DNA from: Methanomicrobia archaeon
GTDB lineage: Archaea > Methanobacteriota_B > Thermococci > Methanofastidiosales > NM3
Direction: 5' to 3'
DNA length: 64,000 nucleotides
NCBI GenBank assembly: GCA_030603445.1
Contig: JAUVXU010000008.1
Span: 16,770 to 80,769, forward strand
Shown here: in pieces, positions 29,412 to 38,561 of the stretch
Numbering within the stretch: position 1 is the stretch's first letter
Layout: each line of letters starts with the position of its first letter
Program-made: the position numbers and the translations under genes
The notes under the pieces: model-generated
Seen by the model: only the letters and a program-made list of their open reading frames with translations
Told to the model about the DNA's origin: nothing
Database searches by the model: none

Positions 29412-30407
29412 GTGGATTATGCAACGTCTGGAGTAGACATAAAAAAAGAAGAAGATGCTATAGCCTCCCTTTCCAAATATGTGAAGCAGACATTGCAACT
29501 ACGTGATGGAAAAGTAGGGGCGGCCCTAACAGGGCTTGGACATTTTTCCGGCTTAGTAGACCTAGGAGATAAGGCTCTAGCCATCTCAACAGATGGTGTT
29601 GGAACAAAGATCCTCGTAGGAAAAGAACTTGGTAGATATGAAACACTATCAATTGACCTAATGGCTATGAATGTTAACGACATAATATGTATTGGTGCAA
29701 CACCAATAACGTTCGTGGATACCATATCGGTGCAGACCCCGAATAACAAGATAATGGCAGATATAGGAAAAGGATTGCTAGAAGCCGCACGCCAGGCCGA
29801 AGTTACAATAGTTGGTGGAGAAACAGCAACAGTCCCTGAACTACTTGAAGGTAACGGGGACGGGATAGATCTCATGGGAACAGCTGTTGGAATAGTTGAT
29901 AAAGATAAGATAATCACAGGCAAAGATATCTCCCCTGGAGACACAGTTCTCGGGGTTGAAAGCTCGGGCATCCACTCCAACGGCCTAACTCTTGCAAGAA
30001 AGGTAGTTCCAAAGAGCAAGTATCCTCTTCTTCTTGAACCCACGCGTATATATGTTGGGGCAATACTAGAATTGCTGGAGCATATAAGGCCTAATGGGTT
30101 GGTGCATATAACGGGAGGGGGGCTTCTAAACCTCAAACGCCTAAAGGAAAATGTAGGTTTCTCGCTTCTTATGCCCCAGTACCCGGATGTTTTTCAGATA
30201 ATAAAACAAAATGCCAATATAAGCAACGAGGAGATGTACAAAACATTCAATATGGGGATAGGATTTATGGTAATAGTTAAAGAAGAAGATGCAAAAAAAT
30301 CCTACACTATATTAAACAAGCACTTTCCGACATTTGAGTTGGGAAAAGTAACTGAGACAGGCATAATAGAGGCATCTTTACCTGATGGAACAACAATAAA
30401 GCTTTAA
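29412..30407 (+). CDS. purM: AIR synthetase
   Basis: GTG start after AGGTGA; PurM fold motifs (DGVGTK). Confidence 0.9.
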   Translation: MDYATSGVDIKKEEDAIASLSKYVKQTLQLRDGKVGAALTGLGHFSGLVDLGDKALAISTDGVGTKILVGKELGRYETLSIDLMAMNVNDIICIGATPITFVDTISVQTPNNKIMADIGKGLLEAARQAEVTIVGGETATVPELLEGNGDGIDLMGTAVGIVDKDKIITGKDISPGDTVLGVESSGIHSNGLTLARKVVPKSKYPLLLEPTRIYVGAILELLEHIRPNGLVHITGGGLLNLKRLKENVGFSLLMPQYPDVFQIIKQNANISNEEMYKTFNMGIGFMVIVKEEDAKKSYTILNKHFPTFELGKVTETGIIEASLPDGTTIKL

Positions 30408-30431
30408 TATTTATTCTTTTAATTTATACCA

Positions 30432-31100
30432 ATGATAACCACCATATTTTTCGATCTCGACGACACCTTGCACAATTCTACTAGACTAGCACGCCTAGCA
30501 CGTAATGCAGCAGTACATATCATGGTGGATAAAGGGTTGCCTCTCACATTTGATAGGGGATGCAATATACTTGCTTCCATAATAAAAGAAAAAGGATCCA
30601 ACTATCCCCGCCACTTTGATATGCTTGTTGAGCAGACCATGAACAAAAAAGACTACAAGATAATATCGGCTGGTGTAATAGGCTACCATAATACAAAATT
30701 CGCAAATATGCACCCATTTAGTGACACAATATCCACCCTCATAAAACTCAAACAGATGCAGATGCAACTTAACATCATCACTAATGGGCGTGCAATAAAA
30801 CAATGGGAAAAAGTACTACGCCTGGGGTTGGAATCGTTTTTTGATAATATTATAATATCCGAGATAATTGGGCACAACAAACCTGAACCAGAAATCTACA
30901 AAAAATCACTAGATATTTCCAATTGCACTGCAGAAGAAGCGCTCTTTGTCGACAATGACCCAGAATGTATTATGGGGGCAAAGAAATGCGGCATGCACAC
31001 AATCTTAATGAACAAGCTGCAAAAGGAGGAGCCCACGATTTATTGTGATCATGTCATAACAAGCCTGTCACAAATACCTGCCATAATAAATAATCTTTAA
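30432..31100 (+). CDS. HAD-superfamily hydrolase
   Basis: Motif I FFDLDDTL, motif IV VDND. Confidence 0.75.
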   Translation: MITTIFFDLDDTLHNSTRLARLARNAAVHIMVDKGLPLTFDRGCNILASIIKEKGSNYPRHFDMLVEQTMNKKDYKIISAGVIGYHNTKFANMHPFSDTISTLIKLKQMQMQLNIITNGRAIKQWEKVLRLGLESFFDNIIISEIIGHNKPEPEIYKKSLDISNCTAEEALFVDNDPECIMGAKKCGMHTILMNKLQKEEPTIYCDHVITSLSQIPAIINNL

Positions 31101-31348
31101 ATGTTCCTGCCAAAGAACTTGAAAAATGTTCAAAGATAGGATTGTTATTTGTGGTCATTGAAAAGGGAACTAAAAAAATCTATAAAAAGAAATATTATGT
31201 TTTTTTCTCCAGATCACTAACTTTTATACAAAAGAGGCCAATTAATCCTGCAGGAGACAGACTGCATGCCCGTAGGACTGGGGGTTTCTAATATTACAAA
31301 TATTTAAATAAATTCTACTTATTATTAATTATATATGGGGAAATTAAA

Positions 31349-32350
31349 ATGAAAGCAGCTATTTGTACAAAATATGGCCCCCCAGATGTTCTTCAGCTTA
31401 AAGAAATAGAAAAACCTATTCCTAGGGACAATGAAATACTGGTAAAAGTATATGCAACAACAGTAACGGCAGGGGACGTGAGACTTCGAAGTTCCACATT
31501 TCCTCCCTTGTTCTGGCTCCCCGCGCGAATAATGTTTGGTCTCAGAAAACCAAAAAGACCCATATTAGGGATGGAGCTATCCGGGGAAATTGAAATAGTA
31601 GGCAAGGACGTAAAACGATTTAAGAAAGGTGACCAAGTTTTTGGAACCACCACAGGATTGAGTTCTGGTTCTTATGCCGAGTATATTTGTATACCTGAAG
31701 AACCTTTATCCGCAGGTATGTTTGGAGCTAATGTGGTAACACTAAAACCGACTAATATGGACTATGAGGAAGCTGCCGCCGTTCCTATTGGAGGGCTTAC
31801 AGCACTGCATTTTCTTAGAAAAGGAGATATCCAAAGCGGACAAAAAATTCTTATCTATGGGGCTTCGGGAAGTGTAGGCACTTTTGCGGTACAGCTTGCC
31901 AAGTACTTTGGAGCAGAAGTTACCGGGGTATGCAGTACCGCAAATTTAGAATTAGTGAAATCTCTGGGAGCCGATAAGGTGATTGATTACACTAAAGAGG
32001 ATTTTAACAAAAGCGGCGAGACCTATGATGTTATTTTTGACACGGTAGGTAAGAGTTCGTTTTCAGATTGTAAAAGATCGCTAAAGAAAAATGGGTTCAT
32101 TCTTTTAACCACCCCGAGGCTGTCATATATTGTTCAAGGCCTTTGGTCTTCAATGAAAGTAATAACAGGGGGAGCATCCGAAAAGCCCGAAGATTTAAAC
32201 TTCCTCAAAGAGCTTATTGAAGCGGGAAAGATAAAATCAGCCATAGATAGACGCCATCCGTTGGAACAAATTGTCGAGGCTCACCGGTATGTTGACAAAG
32301 GACACAAAAAAGGAAATGTAGTAATCACTGTGGGACATAATAACAAATAA
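31349..32350 (+). CDS. NAD(P)H-dependent medium-chain oxidoreductase (quinone oxidoreductase/ADH family)
   Basis: [15 protein letters not shown] Rossmann motif; MDR architecture. Confidence 0.85.
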   Translation: MKAAICTKYGPPDVLQLKEIEKPIPRDNEILVKVYATTVTAGDVRLRSSTFPPLFWLPARIMFGLRKPKRPILGMELSGEIEIVGKDVKRFKKGDQVFGTTTGLSSGSYAEYICIPEEPLSAGMFGANVVTLKPTNMDYEEAAAVPIGGLTALHFLRKGDIQSGQKILIYGASGSVGTFAVQLAKYFGAEVTGVCSTANLELVKSLGADKVIDYTKEDFNKSGETYDVIFDTVGKSSFSDCKRSLKKNGFILLTTPRLSYIVQGLWSSMKVITGGASEKPEDLNFLKELIEAGKIKSAIDRRHPLEQIVEAHRYVDKGHKKGNVVITVGHNNK

Positions 32351-32362
32351 ATAATAAAAAGG

Positions 32363-32818
32363 ATGGGAACAAAAGTGAAAACGTTAATAATATGTAAATC
32401 CATACATAACGGGAACACAGAAAGAATTGCTAAAAAGATGGCTAAAATATTGAATGCTGATTTGATAGAACCTGAAGAATTAAACAATATTATGGAATAT
32501 GATCTAATAGGTTTTGGTTCTGGCATTTATAATTCTAAACATCATCAATCTCTATTAGATCTAGCAGATAAATTACCAGACTTCAAAGAGAAAAAAGTTT
32601 TTGTTTTTTCAACATCAGGTGTAATACAAAAGCGATTTCACAGAAGTTTAAAGGGAAAACTAGAGGAAAAAAATGCGGTAATAGTTGATGAATTCTTTTG
32701 TAAAGGGTTTAATAAAAACAGTGTGTTGAAATATATTGGTGGAATGAATAAAGGGAGACCTAATGAAGATGATCTCAAAAAAGCAGAGGATTTCGCAAAG
32801 AAAATGAAAGAGAAATGA
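32363..32818 (+). CDS. flavodoxin-like protein
   Basis: TLIICKSIHNGNTERIAK flavodoxin-type FMN loop. Confidence 0.55.
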   Translation: MGTKVKTLIICKSIHNGNTERIAKKMAKILNADLIEPEELNNIMEYDLIGFGSGIYNSKHHQSLLDLADKLPDFKEKKVFVFSTSGVIQKRFHRSLKGKLEEKNAVIVDEFFCKGFNKNSVLKYIGGMNKGRPNEDDLKKAEDFAKKMKEK

Positions 32819-33004
32819 TATACTAATTTTTGAAATTAATTTCTAATCTTAAATAAATGAAAGTCAATTGCCACAATAGGAATTCCTCCTTCACTTTCTA
32901 GTAAAATCTTTCCAGCATGACCCGTTTAATGCAATAGCATTAAGCAAATGAGTTTACTCTCTCTTGGCCTCTTTTGTCGCTGGTAAATTAATGGCGCTAC
33001 GAAC

Positions 33005-33090
33005 GGTTAACACCAGGATTATGAGGGATCTGCGAAACAAACTTGAGTGAGAGAGTACAACGAATCGGGCCTCATAAGCCGTGTTATATG
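33005..33090. repeat. attC-like imperfect palindrome A (GGTTAAC ... GTTATAT)
   Basis: Arms caggattatgaggg / cctcataagcc pair across a variable loop. Core-like heptamers at both ends. 81 nt 3' of the minus-strand HD gene. Confidence 0.5.
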
Positions 33091-33170
33091 AAGTGAACGA
33101 AGCGCGAGGAATAAGAGTGCAGTATCCCGGGGCGACTGAAATGAACGAAAGCGTTGGACTGGGAGCAAAT

Positions 33171-33695
33171 TTAGGTTTCTGCAATCCCATTATATTTTTT
33201 AACCAATTCTTTGTAGAGGACTTCATCTTTTATTACGTCTCTAGAATTTTCAATGAAATACTTCAATTTTTCAAACAGCCATTTTGATAATTCTTTTGTT
33301 GAAGCAAGATGATAATAATCAATATTATCAAAAAAATCAGCAGTTTTAATGATTAAAGCATCTTTTCCAGCTTTGCGACAACGCATGAAATTCTCTTTGT
33401 ATCTTTCAGTTTTATCCTTAATACTTTCGTCAAAGCTATTTGCTTCAACTAACTTAGCAATTTTACTGCCGAATTTTGATTTAACTTCCTCAATTTTTGT
33501 GTCAGTATCCTCAACCACATCATGCAAAATAGCTGCGACCACAATGTCTTCATCATATCCTAAATTATAAAGATGAAGTCCGATTCTAATACTATGCAAA
33601 ATTACTGGCTTAGGATTTTTCCCAGATTCATGGATTGTAAAAACTAGAAACTTTATTGCTTCTTCAATTTGTTTATCAACTTCAGGACTTTTCAC
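33171..33695 (-). CDS. HD-domain phosphohydrolase
   Basis: H..HD...D metal-binding motifs (ILHDVVEDT). Confidence 0.75.
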   Translation of the reverse strand: MKSPEVDKQIEEAIKFLVFTIHESGKNPKPVILHSIRIGLHLYNLGYDEDIVVAAILHDVVEDTDTKIEEVKSKFGSKIAKLVEANSFDESIKDKTERYKENFMRCRKAGKDALIIKTADFFDNIDYYHLASTKELSKWLFEKLKYFIENSRDVIKDEVLYKELVKKYNGIAET

Positions 33696-33746
33696 AAGTA
33701 TTAGATAAATTGATAGGTATTATAAAAATTGTTCTAGTCCAATACC

Positions 33747-33834
33747 GTATAACATCAAGATTATGAGAAATTTACACAGCAAATTTGAGTGGAACGAGAT
33801 GCAACCGAGCGTAACGACATAATCCTTGTTAAGT
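33747..33834. repeat. attC-like imperfect palindrome B (GTATAAC ... GTTAAGT)
   Basis: Arms catcaagattatgag / cataatccttg pair. Homologous in layout to A and C but with covarying arm sequence. Confidence 0.5.
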
Positions 33835-33894
33835 GAGGCGAAGCTAGAGTGCAACGTCCCGAAGGGCTGGCGAGAGTTTAAAAAAATAAAATCG

Positions 33895-34284
33895 CTACTC
33901 TTTTAGTTCAGAGAAAACCAAAATATACCCATTGAGATCTCTTACGGCAAACTCTTTTGCCCCGTAAAATGTCTCTCTCATATCTCTGACAATTTCAACT
34001 TTCTCTTTAACAGAATCATACAAGGATTGCACATCTTCTACTTCGATATAAAACGTTAAGCTTGCGCCAATTTTCTTTCCCTTGAGAACAGGCATCTCTT
34101 TGACCAAGCTTTCTTCTTTCTGAAAGAAAATTTGTACACCATCTGCTTTCACAACAGCCCAGTCAAGTGGTTCATCAAGAGAATCCCCCTTGTTTGCAAA
34201 CTTAAAGTTGAAAATGTCTTTATACCATTTTACGGTTGCATTTACATCGGCGACCATAATATTTGGCGTGAGTGTTTTGTACAT
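33895..34284 (-). CDS. VOC/glyoxalase/bleomycin-resistance family protein
   Basis: 129-aa beta-alpha-beta-beta-beta fold pattern typical of VOC proteins. Confidence 0.75.
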   Translation of the reverse strand: MYKTLTPNIMVADVNATVKWYKDIFNFKFANKGDSLDEPLDWAVVKADGVQIFFQKEESLVKEMPVLKGKKIGASLTFYIEVEDVQSLYDSVKEKVEIVRDMRETFYGAKEFAVRDLNGYILVFSELKE

Positions 34285-34336
34285 ATTATTTAGTTAATAC
34301 CTTAAATATAATAAATGTTTTGTTTTTTTAAATTTC

Positions 34337-34435
34337 ACTTAACATCACGATTAAAAGAAGTTCGGCGCAACCAAATTTGGATGAAGAAACCTACAAGTTT
34401 TCGGAATCTTTTAATCGCTGTTAAGCTCTCCACAG
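34337..34435. repeat. attC-like imperfect palindrome C (ACTTAAC ... GTTAAGC)
   Basis: Near-perfect arms cttaacatcacgattaaaagaagttcg / cggaatcttttaatcgctgttaag with bulged bases; inner palindromic loop caaatttgg. Confidence 0.55.
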
Positions 34436-34768
34436 GATTGAATTTTAGTGCAACGTTCCGTAGCGAAGCGGAGGAAAAATTCAAAGTAAATTTGAAGTCC
34501 GTTCCTTTCAAAGAGCTTTATCGATACATCAAGAACAAGAATCAAAGGGTAGTTTTCTTATAATTATCTTCTATATCATAAAAAAAAATCCCGATTTTTT
34601 CAGGAGTTGTTTTTATTTTTGTTGAAGATTTGATTATGTACTTATAACCCTAACTACGCTCTTTTTATCTCCTATAAGCATTGAATCATTTTTTGTTGCC
34701 ATCAAAAAAAGTATGCCATCAGTAAGGTATATATATGAATAAAATTTACATATTTAAGAGGTGTACTA

Positions 34769-35689
34769 ATGAAAAAAGCACTATTTTTAAGTTTACTTAT
34801 CATAGCACCATTACTTACATTATCAGGATGTATTAGTGGTGACGAGAATATAGATGCCTGGAATGACCAGATAGGAACTATCAATTCGTATATAGATACG
34901 GCCAATTCCATGCAAGGCGAGATAAATGATGCTCTAGACCAAGGACATTACGACCTTGCGATTAGCAAGATAAATGATGCGATCTCAAAATATCAGACCG
35001 CCCTAAACGAGATAATAAAACTAGAGCCCATAGCCCAAGACCTTGACAAGGATTTCCTTGATGATTATGTTGATGTGTGGCAGCTCCAAACAAACAAAGT
35101 TATAGAGAGCATTGAACATCTTAAAAAAATGGTATATACTGAACAATTTAGCATTGAACTTGATAATCTTATCCTTATCTTTAGTGGTGCCGACCAGCAG
35201 TACGTTGATGCAGTAGGATACTTCAATAATAGCAATTATGCTGCATGCGTATCTACAGCTGAACTTGCAAAACAAAAGTACAATATGATGGCAGGATATG
35301 CAGACAAGATGTCGGAGTTATCCCAACTACTCAATGTTGATCATGTGAAGCAATATGCATCATATTGTGTATCAATGATTGAGAATGCAGACATATCATT
35401 AGACAATCTTATGCTAAGTGCAAATGCCGCCTACGTCTCTGATTGGGACAATGCAAACTATTACCTTGGATTACAAAATACATATAACTCTGCTTACAAT
35501 GCAGATTACGATAAAATAATTGGAATCGAGAATACGTATCCTGAAGACTTCCCTGCACAAGGTAAAGCATTGCAATCTCTTTACAATATGTATTTTTCAA
35601 AGAAAGAACAGGCAGAACAGGCAGCTACAAGTTACACAAACACTATGAATAATATAGAAGAAGAGAATTCTGACTTCTTTGAGGAATAA
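34769..35689 (+). CDS. hypothetical lipoprotein
   Basis: Signal plus lipobox LLTLSGC; Q/N/D/Y-rich helical body. Confidence 0.55.
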   Translation: MKKALFLSLLIIAPLLTLSGCISGDENIDAWNDQIGTINSYIDTANSMQGEINDALDQGHYDLAISKINDAISKYQTALNEIIKLEPIAQDLDKDFLDDYVDVWQLQTNKVIESIEHLKKMVYTEQFSIELDNLILIFSGADQQYVDAVGYFNNSNYAACVSTAELAKQKYNMMAGYADKMSELSQLLNVDHVKQYASYCVSMIENADISLDNLMLSANAAYVSDWDNANYYLGLQNTYNSAYNADYDKIIGIENTYPEDFPAQGKALQSLYNMYFSKKEQAEQAATSYTNTMNNIEEENSDFFEE

Positions 35690-35757
35690 TACTCCTCTTT
35701 TTTCCTTATTTTTAATAATTTAAAAAATTGCCCTTATTTTAAATATTTACAAAATAG

Positions 35758-35831
35758 TGGGCCTAAGGGGATTTGAACCCCTGACCGCCCGGTTATGAGC
35801 CGGGAGCTCCACCAAACTAAGCTATAGGCCC
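35758..35831 (-). tRNA. tRNA-Met (anticodon CAT; could be Ile2/CAU)
   Basis: Reverse complement folds as a cloverleaf: GGGCCTA acceptor, anticodon loop CTCATAA, T-loop GGTTCAAATCC; no encoded CCA. Confidence 0.85.
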
Positions 35832-35933
35832 AAATAATAGCGTGAATCATTCTTGCATATAGGATATAAAAGGCTTTCGGACAAGGAAAAAACAAGGAAA
35901 CCAAAGCCATATATCATCAAAAAAAAACGTGCA

Positions 35934-36009
35934 TGGCGCCGTCAGCAGGACTCGAACCTGCGACCATCCGCTTAACAGGCGGGCGCTCTACCAACTGAGC
36001 TATGACGGC
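35934..36009 (-). tRNA. tRNA-Asn (GTT)
   Basis: Acceptor GCCGTCA/TGACGGC, anticodon loop CTGTTAA, T-loop GGTTCGAGTCC, encoded CCA. Confidence 0.85.
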
Positions 36010-36179
36010 ATAAATAAGAAAACAATTTTTTTAATTTAAAAAGTTTTCGTAGGTGTTGCTATTTTATTTTATTTAATAATATTTTCGCTTCCACCTAACT
36101 GTGTTTAGGGTATTTCTTAAAAAAACTTTCATTATTTTCAATAGTCAAATATTTAAAAGAGAAATATCCAAAAATAATC

Positions 36180-37409
36180 ATGTTAATTAAATTCAAACCT
36201 GAAGAATTCAGGGTTGAAGAAGTAAGCACTACTCGTCACGAAAAAAACGACTGTACAATCTTCACAGTTGAAAAAACAAACTGGGACACTACACTACTTG
36301 TAAAAGAGATTGCGAAAAGAGCTGGTGTTTCACAAAAAAGGGTAGGATATGCAGGACTAAAAGATAAAACAGCGCATTCGACCCAGAAGATGTCAATATA
36401 TGGAATTGGTGAAGATGTACTACGCTTGATAAAAATCCCAAATGTTCTATTATGTGAGTTCGAAAAAGGAGACCGAATTCAAATTGGTGACCTTAAAGGT
36501 AACCAATTTTCAGTTGTGGTCCGAGACATCAATATGGATAAATCCTCAATAGAATCCGCCATAAAGCGCTCCAATGAAAGATTCAACGCATATTATGGTT
36601 TCATAAATTACTTCGGCTACCAAAGATTCGGTATTCAGCGCCCAGTAACAGCAGAAGTTGGAAAATATATTGTTAAGAAAGACTATGAACAAGCCGCCAT
36701 GACGTACCTGGCCAAACCATACCCTCTTGACCCCAACAAAGAATTGCGACAAGAGCTTCTCAATGATTATGATTTTAAGAAGGCATATGAAACATTTCCT
36801 CCCTCTCTTAAATATGAGAGATCAATGTTATTTATGCTAGCCAACGAAGGAAAAGATTTCAAGCAGTGTTTCAATGCGCTTCCTGAGCGCCTCCAAACAC
36901 TTTTCGTGCATGCGTACCAAGCTGAAATATTTAACAGAATAGTTAAAAAAAGAATAAAAGACATACCTCCAAATGAGGCAGAAATCGGCGATATCATCAT
37001 GATAGATAAATTTGAGAAAAACGCTATTACCAAAGTTAACGCTTTTAACTTTAGCAAAGTTCAAAAAATGTTAAAGGAAAACGTATCTGTAGCAGTCCCA
37101 TTGGTAGGATCAAAAACAAAAATTCCTTGTTCTCGTATAGGGGAGATAACAAAAGAAGTAATGGATTTCGAAAATATTACATTTGAAGATTTTCATGATC
37201 CAGACTCCAAAACATTCTCATCTGCAGGTTTTTATAGAGGAATGCTGGGAAGATTTTCAAATCTTTGTTACGAAATATCAGAAGATGAACAATTTGGGGC
37301 AAATAAATGCATTTTTTCATTCTATCTTCAGAAAGGCCAATATGCAACAGTGTTCTTGCAACAGATATTTGATGAAGAAATCATCCCATATAGGAGCATA
37401 ACGTTATGA
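36180..37409 (+). CDS. truD: tRNA pseudouridine synthase TruD/Pus7-like
   Basis: GYAGLKDKTA (GxKDxxA catalytic Asp motif); N-terminal FKPEEFRVEEV. Confidence 0.75.
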   Translation: MLIKFKPEEFRVEEVSTTRHEKNDCTIFTVEKTNWDTTLLVKEIAKRAGVSQKRVGYAGLKDKTAHSTQKMSIYGIGEDVLRLIKIPNVLLCEFEKGDRIQIGDLKGNQFSVVVRDINMDKSSIESAIKRSNERFNAYYGFINYFGYQRFGIQRPVTAEVGKYIVKKDYEQAAMTYLAKPYPLDPNKELRQELLNDYDFKKAYETFPPSLKYERSMLFMLANEGKDFKQCFNALPERLQTLFVHAYQAEIFNRIVKKRIKDIPPNEAEIGDIIMIDKFEKNAITKVNAFNFSKVQKMLKENVSVAVPLVGSKTKIPCSRIGEITKEVMDFENITFEDFHDPDSKTFSSAGFYRGMLGRFSNLCYEISEDEQFGANKCIFSFYLQKGQYATVFLQQIFDEEIIPYRSITL

Positions 37410-38293
37410 ACTACTTACCTTTTCTCATATTAATATTATTTTTATCAATAACATATATAGCGGGAAATTATCTTTGGTTAAAGATAATACACAAAGATAC
37501 ATATTACTTCAATTTACTATATTGTGGATTTGCAACAATATGCCTGATAATAGCATTAACATTAGTAACGCTTACACCTGAAGCAGGAGACATGTTCAAA
37601 CAGCGCCTTATTATAGATTGTATCCAAAGCGCTATTGCAATAATGCTCTTAATCATGCTGCATAAGAAAGTTGTGTGGAAAGACCTACTACGCCAAATAA
37701 ATAAAGATAGACAATTCATATTAATAACAACAATATTTCTATTAGTTGGCATACTTCTTGGATTTGTTATACAAGAACAAGTGCTTGAATTTGTGGAACA
37801 ACCATTTGAAAGCCTTGAAGAACTTGCAAATTTGGCAGAAGGAAAACCATTTTGGGAAATTAGTATCCTCCTTTTTGGAAACAACTCTAGAGCTGCAATA
37901 AATATGAGCCTTGTTTTTCCCTTGATCCCGGTTATAGGTGGAATATACGTAATATTTTCTATGTTACTTAACGGCGCCATTATCGGGATTATTGGAGGAA
38001 TAATAGACAAACCCGCCCTTTATCTTATTGTTGGCCTTATGCCACACGGGATATTTGAGATACCTGCAATCATACTTGCAGCAAGTATTGGTTTAAAACT
38101 AAGTATTTTTTTATCAAAAGGTATTATTAGAGCGATTCAAGATAAGGAAAGAAACGCTACATCAATTCTTATCGAGCATCTGCGTTATGGCACAGAATCT
38201 TTTAAAGTCTTATATATTGTTATCTTATTATTGATCATAGCCGCCATTTTAGAATCCACCATCACCCCTGCACTCCTTGCATATTTAGATTAA
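37406..38293 (+). CDS. SpoIIM/DUF95-like polytopic membrane protein
   Basis: Multiple TM helices; MPHGIFEIPAI motif. Confidence 0.5.
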   Translation: MNYLPFLILILFLSITYIAGNYLWLKIIHKDTYYFNLLYCGFATICLIIALTLVTLTPEAGDMFKQRLIIDCIQSAIAIMLLIMLHKKVVWKDLLRQINKDRQFILITTIFLLVGILLGFVIQEQVLEFVEQPFESLEELANLAEGKPFWEISILLFGNNSRAAINMSLVFPLIPVIGGIYVIFSMLLNGAIIGIIGGIIDKPALYLIVGLMPHGIFEIPAIILAASIGLKLSIFLSKGIIRAIQDKERNATSILIEHLRYGTESFKVLYIVILLLIIAAILESTITPALLAYLD

Positions 38294-38561
38294 TAAAAGG
38301 GGAAAACATTAAATTTGAAACTGTTAATTAATCCATATAAAGAAAAATAATATACAAAAACCATAAATCTTAAATACAAGCCATATAAAAAGAGAATAAA
38401 CAGAATATAGTTCGATATATTAAAACACAAAATATATAAATAAAACATTAATAAAGCTAAATTACCAAGTTAACATGACGAACTACATTGTGCTTTTGAA
38501 TGTTTAAAACGTATGATTTTGTCTACAAGAAAATAAGCATCAGAAACACAAAGGTGAGAGT

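Noticed and set aside
29417-30136. 239-aa minus-strand ORF antisense to purM
   Set aside because: Antisense to well-supported genes with strong family motifs; composition P/S/R-rich, typical of a spurious reverse frame. The same applies to the similar antisense ORFs 5568..6089, 7010..7459, 26397..26960, 53849..54409 and 21203..21544.
33081-33570. Plus-strand ORFs 33081..33287 and 33349..33570
   Set aside because: Antisense to the HD-domain gene and repeat A; no motifs; the HD gene has clear catalytic motifs.
34315-34563. 82-aa plus-strand ORF covering attC-like element C and its conserved module
   Set aside because: Spans a structured repeat shared with two other non-coding copies; no RBS; composition atypical.
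35758-35831. Initiator tRNA assignment for the CAT tRNA
   Set aside because: Lacks the three consecutive G-C pairs at the base of the anticodon stem and has a G1-C72 end; more consistent with elongator Met or Ile2.
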